Below, in pieces: positions 35,969-45,714 of a stretch of DNA of 47,423 nucleotides. A program made the position numbers and the translations under genes. The DNA lies in contig JAXGJB010000016.1 of assembly GCA_040770465.1 (NCBI GenBank), positions 1-47,423 of the forward strand, written 5' to 3'. The DNA is from Methanothrix sp. Its GTDB lineage: Archaea; Halobacteriota; Methanosarcinia; Methanotrichales; Methanotrichaceae. The notes under the pieces are model-generated. The model saw nothing but the letters and a program-made list of their open reading frames with translations. It did not search any database and was not told the origin of the DNA. Numbering within the stretch: the stretch's first letter is position 1; every line of letters begins with the position of its first letter.

Positions 35969-36740
35969 TAGTTTCATAACGGGGAGGTTTCATTATGGCT
36001 GAGAATATTGTGAAATTTCGATGTTTTGCCTGCAATAGTGAAAACGAGATCGACTTTAGCAGAATGGATGAAGATGATAAAAAAATTTTATGCTGTGGAA
36101 ATTGTGGTCTTGCAAGCACGGCCAATGCTAATGACATATTGGCCTCAATTGATACGAATTCCTTGCTAACATGCTTGCCTTACAATGCTCCCGAAGGAGT
36201 CCTTCCTGCAGGCGAAATCAACGTGGGTGGAGTAATATTTTATATCACTGCGGATGGTGAGCGGTTGAGCAGAGAGGAATTTATTAAAAGAAAAGGAGTT
36301 GACCCTGCTATAGTGTGGCCGAAAATTCGTCCAAAATGGAACCCGGTAACAGTATAGTTCCCTTATAAGGAGGTTTCGTCATGAGTGAGAAGATTGCGAA
36401 ATTCAGATGTTTCGCCTGTAAATGTGAAAACGAGATTGACTGCAGCAAAATGGATGAAGAAGATAAACAAATTTTCTGCTGCGGAGAGTGTGGTTTGGCA
36501 AACACGGCAAGCGCTAACGACATATTGGACTCGATTAACAAGAATTCATGGCTGCAATGCATTCCGTTCACGGGCCCGGAAGAAGGCCTTCCTGCAGGCG
36601 AAATCAACGTGGGTGGAGTAATATTTTATATCACTGCGGATGGTGAGCGGTTGAGCAGAGAGGAATTTATTAAAAGAAAAGGAGTTGACCCTGCCATAGT
36701 GTGGCCGAAAATTCGTCCAAAATGGAACCCGGTAACAGTA
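35969..36740 (+). repeat. Direct tandem duplication, 386-bp unit (35969-36354 / 36355-36740)
   Basis: Both units start TAGTT with GGAGGTTTC and an ATG 26 nt in; collinear with no indels; 36201-36354 vs 36587-36740 differ at 1 of 154 nt. Confidence 0.93.
35995..36357 (+). CDS. Zinc-ribbon hypothetical protein, copy 1
   Basis: CFAC...CCGNC; GGAGG RBS; stop codon formed at the duplication junction. Confidence 0.8.
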   Translation: MAENIVKFRCFACNSENEIDFSRMDEDDKKILCCGNCGLASTANANDILASIDTNSLLTCLPYNAPEGVLPAGEINVGGVIFYITADGERLSREEFIKRKGVDPAIVWPKIRPKWNPVTV

Positions 36741-36794
36741 GGGACTTATGGCAGAAAGAGGATCGAGCCAATTCGACTCGGAAAGAAATGGTAA
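36381..36794 (+). CDS. Zinc-ribbon hypothetical protein, copy 2
   Basis: CFAC...CCGEC; GGAGG RBS; 17-aa basic tail absent from copy 1. Confidence 0.8.
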   Translation: MSEKIAKFRCFACKCENEIDCSKMDEEDKQIFCCGECGLANTASANDILDSINKNSWLQCIPFTGPEEGLPAGEINVGGVIFYITADGERLSREEFIKRKGVDPAIVWPKIRPKWNPVTVGTYGRKRIEPIRLGKKW

Positions 36795-36814
36795 GGGCGA
36801 TCCTTTCCATCTCA

Positions 36815-36866
36815 GAAAAATCCTTTAAAATAGTATAAAAGTGTGTCCCCCATATTGGGGACACAC
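36815..36866 (-). terminator. Hairpin + T-tract terminator after cdhE
   Basis: Perfect 10-bp inverted repeat GTGTGTCCCC-catatt-GGGGACACAC (36841-36866), followed on the minus strand by TTTTATACTATTTT...TTTTTC. Confidence 0.7.
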
Positions 36867-36876
36867 GCCTTTACCT

Positions 36877-38310
36877 TTACTTCTTTGGTGGCCACTGCTT
36901 TTCCATCCAGCCGGGGATACGGCCCGAGTCCTCGGGACCTACCAGGGCCTTGACCTTGTAGCCGTAGAGGTCTTCCAGCTCGCCGCTGAACTTGGCGGCC
37001 ATTCCTGGAAGGATGAACGACTTGTGGCTGGTCTTCTCGAAGTCCACTCCCGCCTCGGCGAAGGCGTCCTTGATCTTGCTGGGGGTGATCTGGCCGCCAG
37101 CGACGGATGCCTGAACGCCGATCCCGTCGGTGTTAACCGCCAGGAGGTACGAGTCGATGCCGTTGGACGCGAGGTCAGACTCCACCGTGTAGTAGGTCAG
37201 GGCGAAGTTGGTGGTGAGGAAGATCGGCGAATCCTCGGTCGGTTTGCCCACCTTGTTCAGCCCTGGCTTCACCTGGACGGGGGTCCTGGGGTCGGTGTAG
37301 ATGTTGAACCTCAGGTGCATGTCGGGCATGACGCTGTGGGGCTCGATCGAGTGCCTGATCATGATGTCCGCGCCGCGGATCACGAAGGTGGCGGCGAGGA
37401 CGGACTCCCAGTAGGCAGCTCTGACCGGGTCCTTGGTGGTCATCCAGGCGTTGATCGGCAGAGCCATGACCGGATAGTTGAAGTCCTTCTGACCCTCCTC
37501 GGTGGCAGCTCTCCGCAGCTTGATGAAGTTCTGGAGAGATTCCTGGAGCTTCTCGCCGTTGGGCGCAGTGCCGGGGTCGAGGACGAGGTCCTTGAGTCCC
37601 ATCTCTGCGAAGGTCTGGGCCATGCTCTTGAGGCCGTCGAGGTCGAAGGGCACTCTGAGAGTGACGGGGACCTTGTAGTCGTAGGCCAGCTGGGCTACTT
37701 CCTTCCAGTTATCCTTGGTGGCGGCGTAGATGAGGGGCCTCGTCGCACCAGCGACTTCGAGACCCGCCTTCAGGACCTTGGGGTCGAAGGAGCATAGGAT
37801 CATTGGCTTCTTGGTGTTCTCCATCACCTTCTTGACGCAGGCTGCAAACTTAGCGGGGTCGCCGGTGACGGACCTTACGGCCACCATCTCGACGGATTCC
37901 CAGTTGCCGATGTAGAACTTCCTCCAGGTGTCGATCAGCTTTACCCTCTCGACGAGGTCTGCCTCGGCCATGGCGTCGGTGACGTCGTAGGCAAATGGAG
38001 GCTTGTTGAAGAAGGTCATCTGGTGGCGGAACATCACGTCCTCGCCTCCGACCTTCTGCTGCTGGTCGCCGACTCCTACATAGACGAGGGCGACCTCGGG
38101 AGCGATGACCTCCCTGAGAGAAGTCAGCTTCTTCGCGTACTTCTTCTGGTTCTTCTCCTCAAAGAGGGGCTTGCACTCTTCGATCGTCCTCTCTCTTGCG
38201 ATGAGACCTGCTGCAAAGGCCATGCAGGTCTGCTCGCCGCACTCGCCGCAGTTGGTCTGGGGCAGGAACTTGTAAAGGTTGAGCGGGCTAGATTCCTTCA
38301 AGGCTATCAC
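36877..38310 (-). CDS. cdhE: ACDS complex gamma subunit (corrinoid Fe-S protein large subunit)
   Basis: [45 protein letters not shown]. Confidence 0.96.
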   Translation of the reverse strand: MIALKESSPLNLYKFLPQTNCGECGEQTCMAFAAGLIARERTIEECKPLFEEKNQKKYAKKLTSLREVIAPEVALVYVGVGDQQQKVGGEDVMFRHQMTFFNKPPFAYDVTDAMAEADLVERVKLIDTWRKFYIGNWESVEMVAVRSVTGDPAKFAACVKKVMENTKKPMILCSFDPKVLKAGLEVAGATRPLIYAATKDNWKEVAQLAYDYKVPVTLRVPFDLDGLKSMAQTFAEMGLKDLVLDPGTAPNGEKLQESLQNFIKLRRAATEEGQKDFNYPVMALPINAWMTTKDPVRAAYWESVLAATFVIRGADIMIRHSIEPHSVMPDMHLRFNIYTDPRTPVQVKPGLNKVGKPTEDSPIFLTTNFALTYYTVESDLASNGIDSYLLAVNTDGIGVQASVAGGQITPSKIKDAFAEAGVDFEKTSHKSFILPGMAAKFSGELEDLYGYKVKALVGPEDSGRIPGWMEKQWPPKK

Positions 38311-39659
38311 ACCTCCATTGAGATCCAGTTAGCGGTGTCAGGTGTCTCCGCCTTGACCAGGCCCATCAGAGACTGGGTGATCTCCTGCAGATATTTGACG
38401 GCGATCGGGTTCATCATCATGAAGATGTCGACGCCGGCCATGGCCAGGGAGAACCCGGTGAGGATCTCCCAGATGGGGCCTCTCAGCATCCTGTCGCCCC
38501 ACGAGGAGTCGTCCTTGTTGGGGGAGTTGACCATCCAGGCCTCTCGAACGCCCCAGGCGTTGGTGGTACCGGAGGACATCGGGAAGTTCAGCTCTTGGTC
38601 GCCCTTCAGGCCGCCGAGCCTGATCCTCTCCATGTTGGAGTAGGCGAAGTCCATTCCGTAGGCGAGGGCCGCGGTGGTCGGGTCCATGACGATGGAGTCT
38701 CTTGGGACACCAGCGACCTTCATCAGCTTTCTGTCCAGCTCCTTCTGGGCGTTGATCTCCAGCTGAGTCCAGGCGAGACAGACGTTGTTGTTCGCAGCGC
38801 AGGACTTGCCGATCGCCTCCCAGTCCAGGTTCAGGCTGGCGCTGGCGATGAGGGCGCGCTCGCCCTGGGCCACCTCAGAGGCTTTGGTCAGGACCTCTAC
38901 GTCCTTCTCGGGGTTGCCGCTGCCGCCGATGACGATCGGGACGTCAACGGCCTGGAGGACGTCCTCCACGACCTTCACGGCTTCCTTGGCTGGGGTGTCC
39001 TTGATCAATGGATCTGTGCTGATCAGGTGAGTTGTGACCAGGTCTGCTTTGAACTCCTTGACCGCCTTCTTGGCCCAGTCTGCGGGATCGTTCATAACGT
39101 CCTCGTAGTGCATCTTGACGGCCTTTGCCATGCCGATCGGCATGTCGAAGACGTCGATGGTGACGACGGGCCTGTTGGGCATTGCAGCGTCGAAGAAGAA
39201 GGGCATCGCCTTCTCGCCGCCGATCTTGATGACGTGACCTCTCGATCCGCCATCGGCCTTGGTGGCTCCGAGCTGGACCTCCTCGATCGGAGTCTTCCAG
39301 GTCTTGTCGGTGCCCACCGAGAACTTGGCGCTCTTGAGAGTGTCAGGTATCTTGAAGGCCGGAATCGCGGGTGCTGCCTTGGCCAGCTCTGCAGGTGCGG
39401 GCGATATGGCCTGAGCCACCGCCACCGGCTGAAGCAGGCTGTCTACAGGATAGCCGAAGGCTTTGGCCATGTTGACCAGCTGGACCGCTACTTTTGCTAC
39501 CTCTTCGCCGAAGTAATATGCGAAGAGAGGGCCAACGCCGCCAGCTCCAGCGTCGATCTCCAGTTCAATGTCCCCCTCGATGGTGACGCCTTCGAGGGAC
39601 TTTACGTCCATTTCCGCAAGTTTCTTATTTAAGTCGGATATGCTTAGTTTCTCTCCCAT
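38307..39659 (-). CDS. cdhD: ACDS complex delta subunit (corrinoid Fe-S protein small subunit)
   Basis: [45 protein letters not shown]; N-terminal extension with Ala/Pro linker. Confidence 0.96.
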   Translation of the reverse strand: MGEKLSISDLNKKLAEMDVKSLEGVTIEGDIELEIDAGAGGVGPLFAYYFGEEVAKVAVQLVNMAKAFGYPVDSLLQPVAVAQAISPAPAELAKAAPAIPAFKIPDTLKSAKFSVGTDKTWKTPIEEVQLGATKADGGSRGHVIKIGGEKAMPFFFDAAMPNRPVVTIDVFDMPIGMAKAVKMHYEDVMNDPADWAKKAVKEFKADLVTTHLISTDPLIKDTPAKEAVKVVEDVLQAVDVPIVIGGSGNPEKDVEVLTKASEVAQGERALIASASLNLDWEAIGKSCAANNNVCLAWTQLEINAQKELDRKLMKVAGVPRDSIVMDPTTAALAYGMDFAYSNMERIRLGGLKGDQELNFPMSSGTTNAWGVREAWMVNSPNKDDSSWGDRMLRGPIWEILTGFSLAMAGVDIFMMMNPIAVKYLQEITQSLMGLVKAETPDTANWISMEV

Positions 39660-39671
39660 GTTGATCTCCCC

Positions 39672-40433
39672 TCATAGACCGATCTCTTTGATTATCTGCT
39701 CCTCCACTTCCACCACGGCAGGAGAGTCGTCTGGCAGGCCGACCAGCGGGTCGCCCACCAGATCGAGGCGAGCTACGTTCTCATCGTAGGGAATCATGCC
39801 GATAACCTTAAGGCCCAGACCGCTCGCAACCTTGAGGATCTGGTCTTTGGATAGATCGCGAACCTTGTTCGCTATTACGTAGAGGTGGTTGTACTTCAGA
39901 TCCAGCTCTTCGGCGAGCTGTCTGATCGTCTCTGCGGTCTTGAGCCCTCTCCGGGATTCGTCGGTGACAACGATCAGCGAATCAACCTCGGAGATGGTCT
40001 TGCGGCTCAGATGTTCAAGCCCCGCCGGAGAATCCACGATGACCAGGTCATAGTCATCAATGGTCTCGTCCATGATCCCCTTCAGCAGAGAGTTGAGATA
40101 ACAGTAACATCCGGACCCTTCCGACCGGCCCATCACCAAAAGATCGTATCCGTCCTTTTCAAGAAGCGCTTCGAATATCTTCGCCGCAAATAACTGCTTC
40201 TTGTCGTAATCTGGCGGCAGCGAGATCCGAGAATCCTGAATCTCCTCCCTTATGTCTCCCACGGTCATCTCCACGTCATCCCCCAGCGCGTCTGCAAGGT
40301 TCGCGTCAGGATCGGCGTCTATGGCCAGGATGGCGGGTTTTTCGCCTCTCTTCAGGAGAGTCTTGATGATCATCGCGGTGACCGCGGTCTTGCCGGTGCC
40401 GCCCTTTCCGGTTATCGCAATTACTTTCCCCAC
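39672..40433 (-). CDS. cooC: CooC/AcsF-type nickel-insertion ATPase
   Basis: GKGGTGKT, IDADPDANL, GSGCYC, AGLEHLSR. Confidence 0.92.
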   Translation of the reverse strand: MGKVIAITGKGGTGKTAVTAMIIKTLLKRGEKPAILAIDADPDANLADALGDDVEMTVGDIREEIQDSRISLPPDYDKKQLFAAKIFEALLEKDGYDLLVMGRSEGSGCYCYLNSLLKGIMDETIDDYDLVIVDSPAGLEHLSRKTISEVDSLIVVTDESRRGLKTAETIRQLAEELDLKYNHLYVIANKVRDLSKDQILKVASGLGLKVIGMIPYDENVARLDLVGDPLVGLPDDSPAVVEVEEQIIKEIGL

Positions 40434-40445
40434 GGTACTAGCCTT

Positions 40446-40643
40446 CTACTTGCCGCTCTTCGGCTTTATGACGACTTCCTTGATGGATATGTTGGCGCCT
40501 CTCAGCTCCAGGACCATCCCGCCAGATCCGCCCGCAGGCATCGCAAAGGCGGGAGCTGCTCCTCCCACGGGTGCGGCTGCGGCAGGGGCTGCTGCCTCAG
40601 GCTCCTTCTTCTTCAGCTTAAGTGATAACTTCTTGCCAGCCAT
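40446..40643 (-). CDS. Small ACDS-operon protein 2 (resembles ACS-beta C-terminal tail)
   Basis: GAGGGAG RBS; MAGKKLSLKLKKK, Ala/Pro linker, GGMVLELRGANISIKEVVIK; paralog of 40761..40952. Confidence 0.8.
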   Translation of the reverse strand: MAGKKLSLKLKKKEPEAAAPAAAAPVGGAAPAFAMPAGGSGGMVLELRGANISIKEVVIKPKSGK

Positions 40644-40760
40644 AATAAACTCTCCCTCTCGTATTCTCCCTAATCCTTTTCGAAACCAACCGTCACGCCG
40701 GAGGCGTGACGATCAGGACAATCCCTCTCACTTAAGATATAGGAGGGAAAAGGTGGACGC

Positions 40761-40952
40761 TCACTTGGCGAGCGTCACCTTTTCGATGGTAACCTTAGCG
40801 TCCTTTAGGACGAGCTTGATCCCGCCCGCCCCGCCTGCCGACATGGCAAAAGCGGGCGCGGCTCCTGCCGCCGCTGGTGCTGCTGCTGCGGCTGGTGCGG
40901 CTGCTGCTTCAGGTTCCTTCTTCTTCAGCTTAAGTGACAGTTTTTTGGCCAT
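40761..40952 (-). CDS. Small ACDS-operon protein 1 (resembles ACS-beta C-terminal tail)
   Basis: GGAGGT RBS; MAKKLSLKLKKK, Ala/Pro linker, MSAGGAGGIKLVLKDAKVTIEKVTL. Confidence 0.82.
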   Translation of the reverse strand: MAKKLSLKLKKKEPEAAAAPAAAAAPAAAGAAPAFAMSAGGAGGIKLVLKDAKVTIEKVTLAK

Positions 40953-40997
40953 TCCTATAACCTCCTACACCCTCAAATACAGAGATACTATAAATTC

Positions 40998-42404
40998 TTA
41001 CTCCAGTATGCCCTCGTCCTGCAGGTACTCGACGACCTGCATGAACTGGCCCTCGCTCATGTTCAGCTTCGCCTTGATGGCGTCGACATCGATGTCTCCG
41101 CCGGACTCCTCGATGAATGAGATGACCGCATCCTCGAACTCGGAGGGGTCCTCGATCTTCCATCCGTCAGATACCTGCTTGCCGTCGACCTTCCTCTCGA
41201 CACCGTCGACGACCGGGTGGTCGACCTTCAGCAGGAACGCCTTCAGAGCCGCAAGGTCAGTCGCGTTCTCCTCGGTTGCGATCTTGTCGAACATGTCGGC
41301 ATCGATCCCGTCCTTCACCCTCTCCTTAAGCTCCTTTGGCATCCAGACGATCCGTCTCCATCCGCCGTCGGCCTGGAGGAACTTGGGCGAGAAGTAGTAG
41401 AGCAGGCCCATTCCGAGGAAACCGACTACCTGCTTTCCGCCGCCAGCCTGGCCGGCCATGGTGGAGAAGGGAAGACCGTTTGGTGTCGGGCTCTTGAAGT
41501 CACGGTCGACTATTCCGATCCCGTCAACCTCGGGCATGTAGAACCCGATCGTCTCGAAACAGCCGCAGGATGTGTGGGGGGCGTCGAAGAATGTGTACAG
41601 AGCCATCCTGTCGTACTCGCCGCCGGACCGCGAGGCCGCCATCTCGTTTACCGACTCGTACTCGCCGGCGATCTCGTCGATGACTCCAGTCTTGGGTATG
41701 GGGAACTGGGGACCCTCGGGGTCGACCTTGGCTGCGGCACGGCCGTCGAACCAGGTGATAGCACCGCAGAGGGATGGTCTGTCGGGAGTGACGCAGCAGG
41801 CGCTCGTCGGCGCGAAAGCCTGGCAGAGAGTGCACCCGTAGAATACGTCAACCTCTTCGTCGTGTAGCCCCTTGGCACGCTCGTCTCGAGCACCGTACTT
41901 GGCGTGAGCCTGCTCGAGCCCCTTGGCCACCTCTTCAGGGGAGGTCAGGACGATGGCTTCCATCTTCTCGATGAATGGCATCTCGGCCTTGTAGAGGTTC
42001 ATGACGTTCTTCATGATCTGTTCCCAGGAGGTGACTCCCGCCTTCTTGAGGTCGAGGCCCGCCCTCATCCAGATGGCGTCCCTCTGGTTCAGGTGCATGA
42101 GGCCGTGGACGTAAGAGAGAAGAGCGTGGTTACGCCTCTCGATGATCGACTCGAGGTCGGGCTCGATAAGCTCGCCGGCAACCTTGAAGATCATGCCGAA
42201 GGGGATCGTCTTCCCCTCTTCGATCTCGCTGATATCGGGACCCTTGATGGTGACCTTTCCGTCCTCGATCTCGTCCATCGACGCAGCGATGGAGAGCTCA
42301 AAGCCGTCAGCCTTGGGACCGCCCATCTCTACCCAGATGTCGCCTTTCCTGATCCGCTCCCCCTCGTACATGGGGGACATGTCCAGTTCGATTTCTTCTG
42401 CCAT
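40998..42404 (-). CDS. cdhC: ACDS complex beta subunit (acetyl-CoA synthase)
   Basis: YEGERIRK, HLNQRD, FYGCTLCQ, PDRPSLCG, PHTSCGCFE A-cluster ligands. Confidence 0.97.
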   Translation of the reverse strand: MAEEIELDMSPMYEGERIRKGDIWVEMGGPKADGFELSIAASMDEIEDGKVTIKGPDISEIEEGKTIPFGMIFKVAGELIEPDLESIIERRNHALLSYVHGLMHLNQRDAIWMRAGLDLKKAGVTSWEQIMKNVMNLYKAEMPFIEKMEAIVLTSPEEVAKGLEQAHAKYGARDERAKGLHDEEVDVFYGCTLCQAFAPTSACCVTPDRPSLCGAITWFDGRAAAKVDPEGPQFPIPKTGVIDEIAGEYESVNEMAASRSGGEYDRMALYTFFDAPHTSCGCFETIGFYMPEVDGIGIVDRDFKSPTPNGLPFSTMAGQAGGGKQVVGFLGMGLLYYFSPKFLQADGGWRRIVWMPKELKERVKDGIDADMFDKIATEENATDLAALKAFLLKVDHPVVDGVERKVDGKQVSDGWKIEDPSEFEDAVISFIEESGGDIDVDAIKAKLNMSEGQFMQVVEYLQDEGILE

Positions 42405-42442
42405 TTCTACAACTCCGTTTTTCTAAAAAGAAAAAATAAAGT

Positions 42443-42988
42443 TCATGCCGTCAGCTTTGCTATTACCTCGTCTACAGCCTCGTGGTACTTCTCCGGCTCG
42501 AAGGCCAGGTTTCCGAAGGTCATGTCGGCGTTGACGTGGTAGTACCGGTCGATGGAGACCCTCTTGATGTCCCTGTTGAAGTTCTTGAGCGCAGAGAACA
42601 TGGCGCTGGCGAACTTGTAGAAGATCCCCATGAATATCACCACATCGTACTGGCCCTGACCGTCCAGCCCCTGCCAGTCCTTGAACCGGAGGTAGTTGGT
42701 AAGCGGGTGGAGCCCGATCATGGTGACGTTCTCGGTGTAGCCTCTCTCGACGAAGCCCTTGATGGAATGGGCTGTGGCTGCTATGGGGATGCCGGCCTTT
42801 CCCATCGCTATCGCCTTGTCGAACATCACGGGGTCCTCGAAGAGCTCTGCCCCGACGACGAGGAGGGGCCTCTTCGCCTTCTTGACGATGGCGCCTATGA
42901 CCGCGGTGTTGTAGGCCTTCGCCATCTCAGGCCCGGGTATCTGGGCCATCTCAAAGGGAACTGCATTCTTGGTAGTGTCGACTGCCAT
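42443..42988 (-). CDS. cdhB: ACDS complex epsilon subunit
   Basis: KKAKRPLLVVG, WQGLDGQGQYD, SIDRYYHVNADMTFGN. Start moved to the ATG at 42988 (GAGGAGG RBS). Confidence 0.95.
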   Translation of the reverse strand: MAVDTTKNAVPFEMAQIPGPEMAKAYNTAVIGAIVKKAKRPLLVVGAELFEDPVMFDKAIAMGKAGIPIAATAHSIKGFVERGYTENVTMIGLHPLTNYLRFKDWQGLDGQGQYDVVIFMGIFYKFASAMFSALKNFNRDIKRVSIDRYYHVNADMTFGNLAFEPEKYHEAVDEVIAKLTA

Positions 42989-43001
42989 TTTTATCGCCTC
43001 C

Positions 43002-45437
43002 TCACTTCTTCGCCCTGATCTTCCTCTCGATGTTCGTCGGGTCGAAGCTGACATCAGACTTCCTGATGGGACCGCTCAGAATCGCCTTCCTCTTCCAGTC
43101 GATCTCCCAGCCGTACTTCGACTCCAGCTCCTTCATCATATCCTCCTTCCACTTGAGGGGGAGGTCTGAGGCGTGGCGGACGTAGATCGGCCAGTCTGGA
43201 GGCAAGCAACCGAAGTACTTCATCGAGATGTCGCAGTAGTGGGTCAGCTTGATCATCCTGCCCGAGTTGTTGTCGCTGGGCCTGAAGCAGAGCTTCGCCA
43301 TCATCAGCATGCACTCTTCGACCGACTCGGCGACGTAGAGGAGGTGCTCAGGAGCGGGCTCGCAGTAGACCTTCGAGCCGTCTCGGGCGTCGATGATCTC
43401 CCAGTCCTCCTTCTTGTCGGTCCTGCCGAGGAATGCCCGGCGGTACATGACGCTGTGGGACTGGACTACGGCCGGTACGCCAAGCCTGTTGAACCCGGTG
43501 GCGATGGAGGCTGCCTTCTGAGAGTACGCACCCCAGGCGACACCGCATGCTCCCACCTTGGAGAGGATGTAGTCGGCGATGTCGTCGTAGTTCGCCCTCT
43601 CGTTCCTACCGGCGAAGATCGTCGCCACTTTGATGCCGGCGCCGTGGAGGTGAGCGTTGGAGACGCAGCTTCCTATGTTGCAGATGTTTCTGCCGTCGAA
43701 GCCTCCTGGGAACTGCTCCCAGATCGTCTTGCCGTCCTCGTCAGTGTAGAGGGACATGTCCATCGCCATGCAGCCTGTGGCCGCCACGATGAAGCCCCTG
43801 TCAACGAACTCGCGGGCGATGTCGTAGCACTCTTTGGTGCCGTTCGGGTAGTTGCCGCAGCCGATGATGGCGATGACCCCGGGGATAGTTCCGAGAACCA
43901 GAGGTGCGCCGACGCGCCTGATCTCCGTGTCCTTGACCGGACCTCTTCCTGCCCTCATCTTGAACTTCTGGTTTCGGATGTACTCCTTGTTGGCGTAGGC
44001 GTAGAGGCTGAGGATCGGTATATCCTGGGGACAGACCTGCTCGCACCTCCGGCAGCCGACGCAGATCTCGTAGGTCGAGCTGAGGGGCTCGAGGTTGCCC
44101 TTGGCCGCAGCCTGGACGACGTCGCCTATCTTGATGTGGGGCGGACAGACGAACTGACAGGAGTGGCAATAGGTACAGGACTCGGCATACTTCTTGAACT
44201 CCTCATCAGATAGGAAGGGGTCTGCCTCGCGGATCTCGGCCCTCTTCGGCTTGACGGCGATCGCCGTCTTGACGCCGACCTCTCCGGCCTTCACCGGATC
44301 GAGGACGACGACGCCGGGCATCCTGAAGTTCACCAGGTCGTCGACGATCTCGTCTACGGGATCGTTCGTCCTGTCGGGGAGGCCGAGCATGATCTTCTCG
44401 TTGGTGGCGATCAGGGGGATCTTGTACTTCTCAGCATCGACGATGGCGTCGGTCCAGACGCACTGTTCATCGACCATGATGCAGTCCATGCAGTCGCCCC
44501 GGACCATCTTCCTCCACCAGCCGATGGCTCCGGCGATCTTGGCCTTCGTACCGACCATCCTGTACTTGTCGTTGAACTCCTTGTCGGGGTGGCCGATACC
44601 CTCGCAGATCCTGGTGTTGTCGATGGCCGTGCAGCATACGCCGCCGATGTCGACCTTGTCCCAGAGCTTGTTGTCCTCGGTGTAGAACATCGCCTCTGCG
44701 GATCCCGCCAGGTTGTGGCCGTAGGTGATCAGGATCGCCTTGTTCTTGTCGAGGGTCCCCATCCCACACTCCACCAGGGGGGCGTCCTCGTCCCCTCTCG
44801 GCATGTCGTAGGCCACGATCTGGATCAGATCAGAGACCTCTTTGCCGAGGGAGTCGAGCATCCCGGCGTGGAGGGATTTGGACTCGAAGTCCAGGTAGCT
44901 TCCTTCCTGACCGGTGTGAGTGCAGGCCAGAAGCTGGGAGACCTGCTCCTCGACGTAGCTCAGAACCGGACCGAAGTCCTTGAGGGTCTTGGGCTTGATG
45001 CCGGCTATCGTCCTGACCAACGGCGCGTCCACCAGGATCTCGTCGCCCATCTTGAAGGGGAGGTCGCCGAACTTGTCCAAACACCAGTGGTAGAGATGTC
45101 GGCCGTGGGCGGCGTGAGCCGTGGTGCCCATGAGGACCGCCAGGAGGACGATCCTGCCCTGCTGAGCTGCCTGGTCTATGCCGCAGGCTCCCCTCTTGTT
45201 CCCGGTCAGGTCGCAGGGACCGTAGGTACAGAGGGTGCACCGATCACAGATCGGAGAGTAGAACACCTTATACCGGTTAATCAGCTTGAAGTCCCAGTCT
45301 CGAAGCGTGGCGATGCTCGGGTAAGGGAACGGGCCCATGGGCTGGTCCCACTCCTCCACCTCCTTCACTACCGCGCCGATGTTGATCTGGACATTCTGCA
45401 TGTCCTCAACGGCAAAACTGCCTTCCATCTTATCCAT
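43002..45437 (-). CDS. cdhA: ACDS complex alpha subunit (CO dehydrogenase)
   Basis: CDRCTLCTYGPCDL, HAAHGRH, GVCCTA, DEQC, two ferredoxin motifs, GSCVSNAH, WGAYSQKA. Start moved to the ATG at 45437 (AGGAGGT RBS). Confidence 0.97.
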   Translation of the reverse strand: MDKMEGSFAVEDMQNVQINIGAVVKEVEEWDQPMGPFPYPSIATLRDWDFKLINRYKVFYSPICDRCTLCTYGPCDLTGNKRGACGIDQAAQQGRIVLLAVLMGTTAHAAHGRHLYHWCLDKFGDLPFKMGDEILVDAPLVRTIAGIKPKTLKDFGPVLSYVEEQVSQLLACTHTGQEGSYLDFESKSLHAGMLDSLGKEVSDLIQIVAYDMPRGDEDAPLVECGMGTLDKNKAILITYGHNLAGSAEAMFYTEDNKLWDKVDIGGVCCTAIDNTRICEGIGHPDKEFNDKYRMVGTKAKIAGAIGWWRKMVRGDCMDCIMVDEQCVWTDAIVDAEKYKIPLIATNEKIMLGLPDRTNDPVDEIVDDLVNFRMPGVVVLDPVKAGEVGVKTAIAVKPKRAEIREADPFLSDEEFKKYAESCTYCHSCQFVCPPHIKIGDVVQAAAKGNLEPLSSTYEICVGCRRCEQVCPQDIPILSLYAYANKEYIRNQKFKMRAGRGPVKDTEIRRVGAPLVLGTIPGVIAIIGCGNYPNGTKECYDIAREFVDRGFIVAATGCMAMDMSLYTDEDGKTIWEQFPGGFDGRNICNIGSCVSNAHLHGAGIKVATIFAGRNERANYDDIADYILSKVGACGVAWGAYSQKAASIATGFNRLGVPAVVQSHSVMYRRAFLGRTDKKEDWEIIDARDGSKVYCEPAPEHLLYVAESVEECMLMMAKLCFRPSDNNSGRMIKLTHYCDISMKYFGCLPPDWPIYVRHASDLPLKWKEDMMKELESKYGWEIDWKRKAILSGPIRKSDVSFDPTNIERKIRAKK

Positions 45438-45714
45438 GCTTGACCTCCTTCTATACTCTGGTTTGCTCGGTAGTCGCATGTAGAAGATAAAACCCTTTCG
45501 GATTGCCAACTAATATAATGAGAATATTATTGTTCAGATTATTGATTAGAACACATATACATTTAAGTTTGTGAAATCGTGACGGTAATTTAATGCTAAA
45601 AATTAAGGATTATGTTTTGACATAGTTAAATCCAATGAAATTGATAAAAATCCACTCAAATTGAAACCAATCCGCCAGGTTGAAATGGAGAAAGGCTGGA
45701 GAGGAAGGCGGTTC
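45438..45714. promoter_or_regulatory. AT-rich divergent promoter region for the cdh operon and the cobD operon
   Basis: Intergenic AT-rich stretch; minus-strand TATA candidate CAAACTTAAATGTATAT near 45555-45571. Confidence 0.5.

Noticed and set aside
35995-36740. Diversity-generating retroelement (TR/VR pair) as the explanation of the duplicated gene
   Set aside because: Differences are not adenine-specific, many are synonymous C/T changes, and no reverse transcriptase is in the window.
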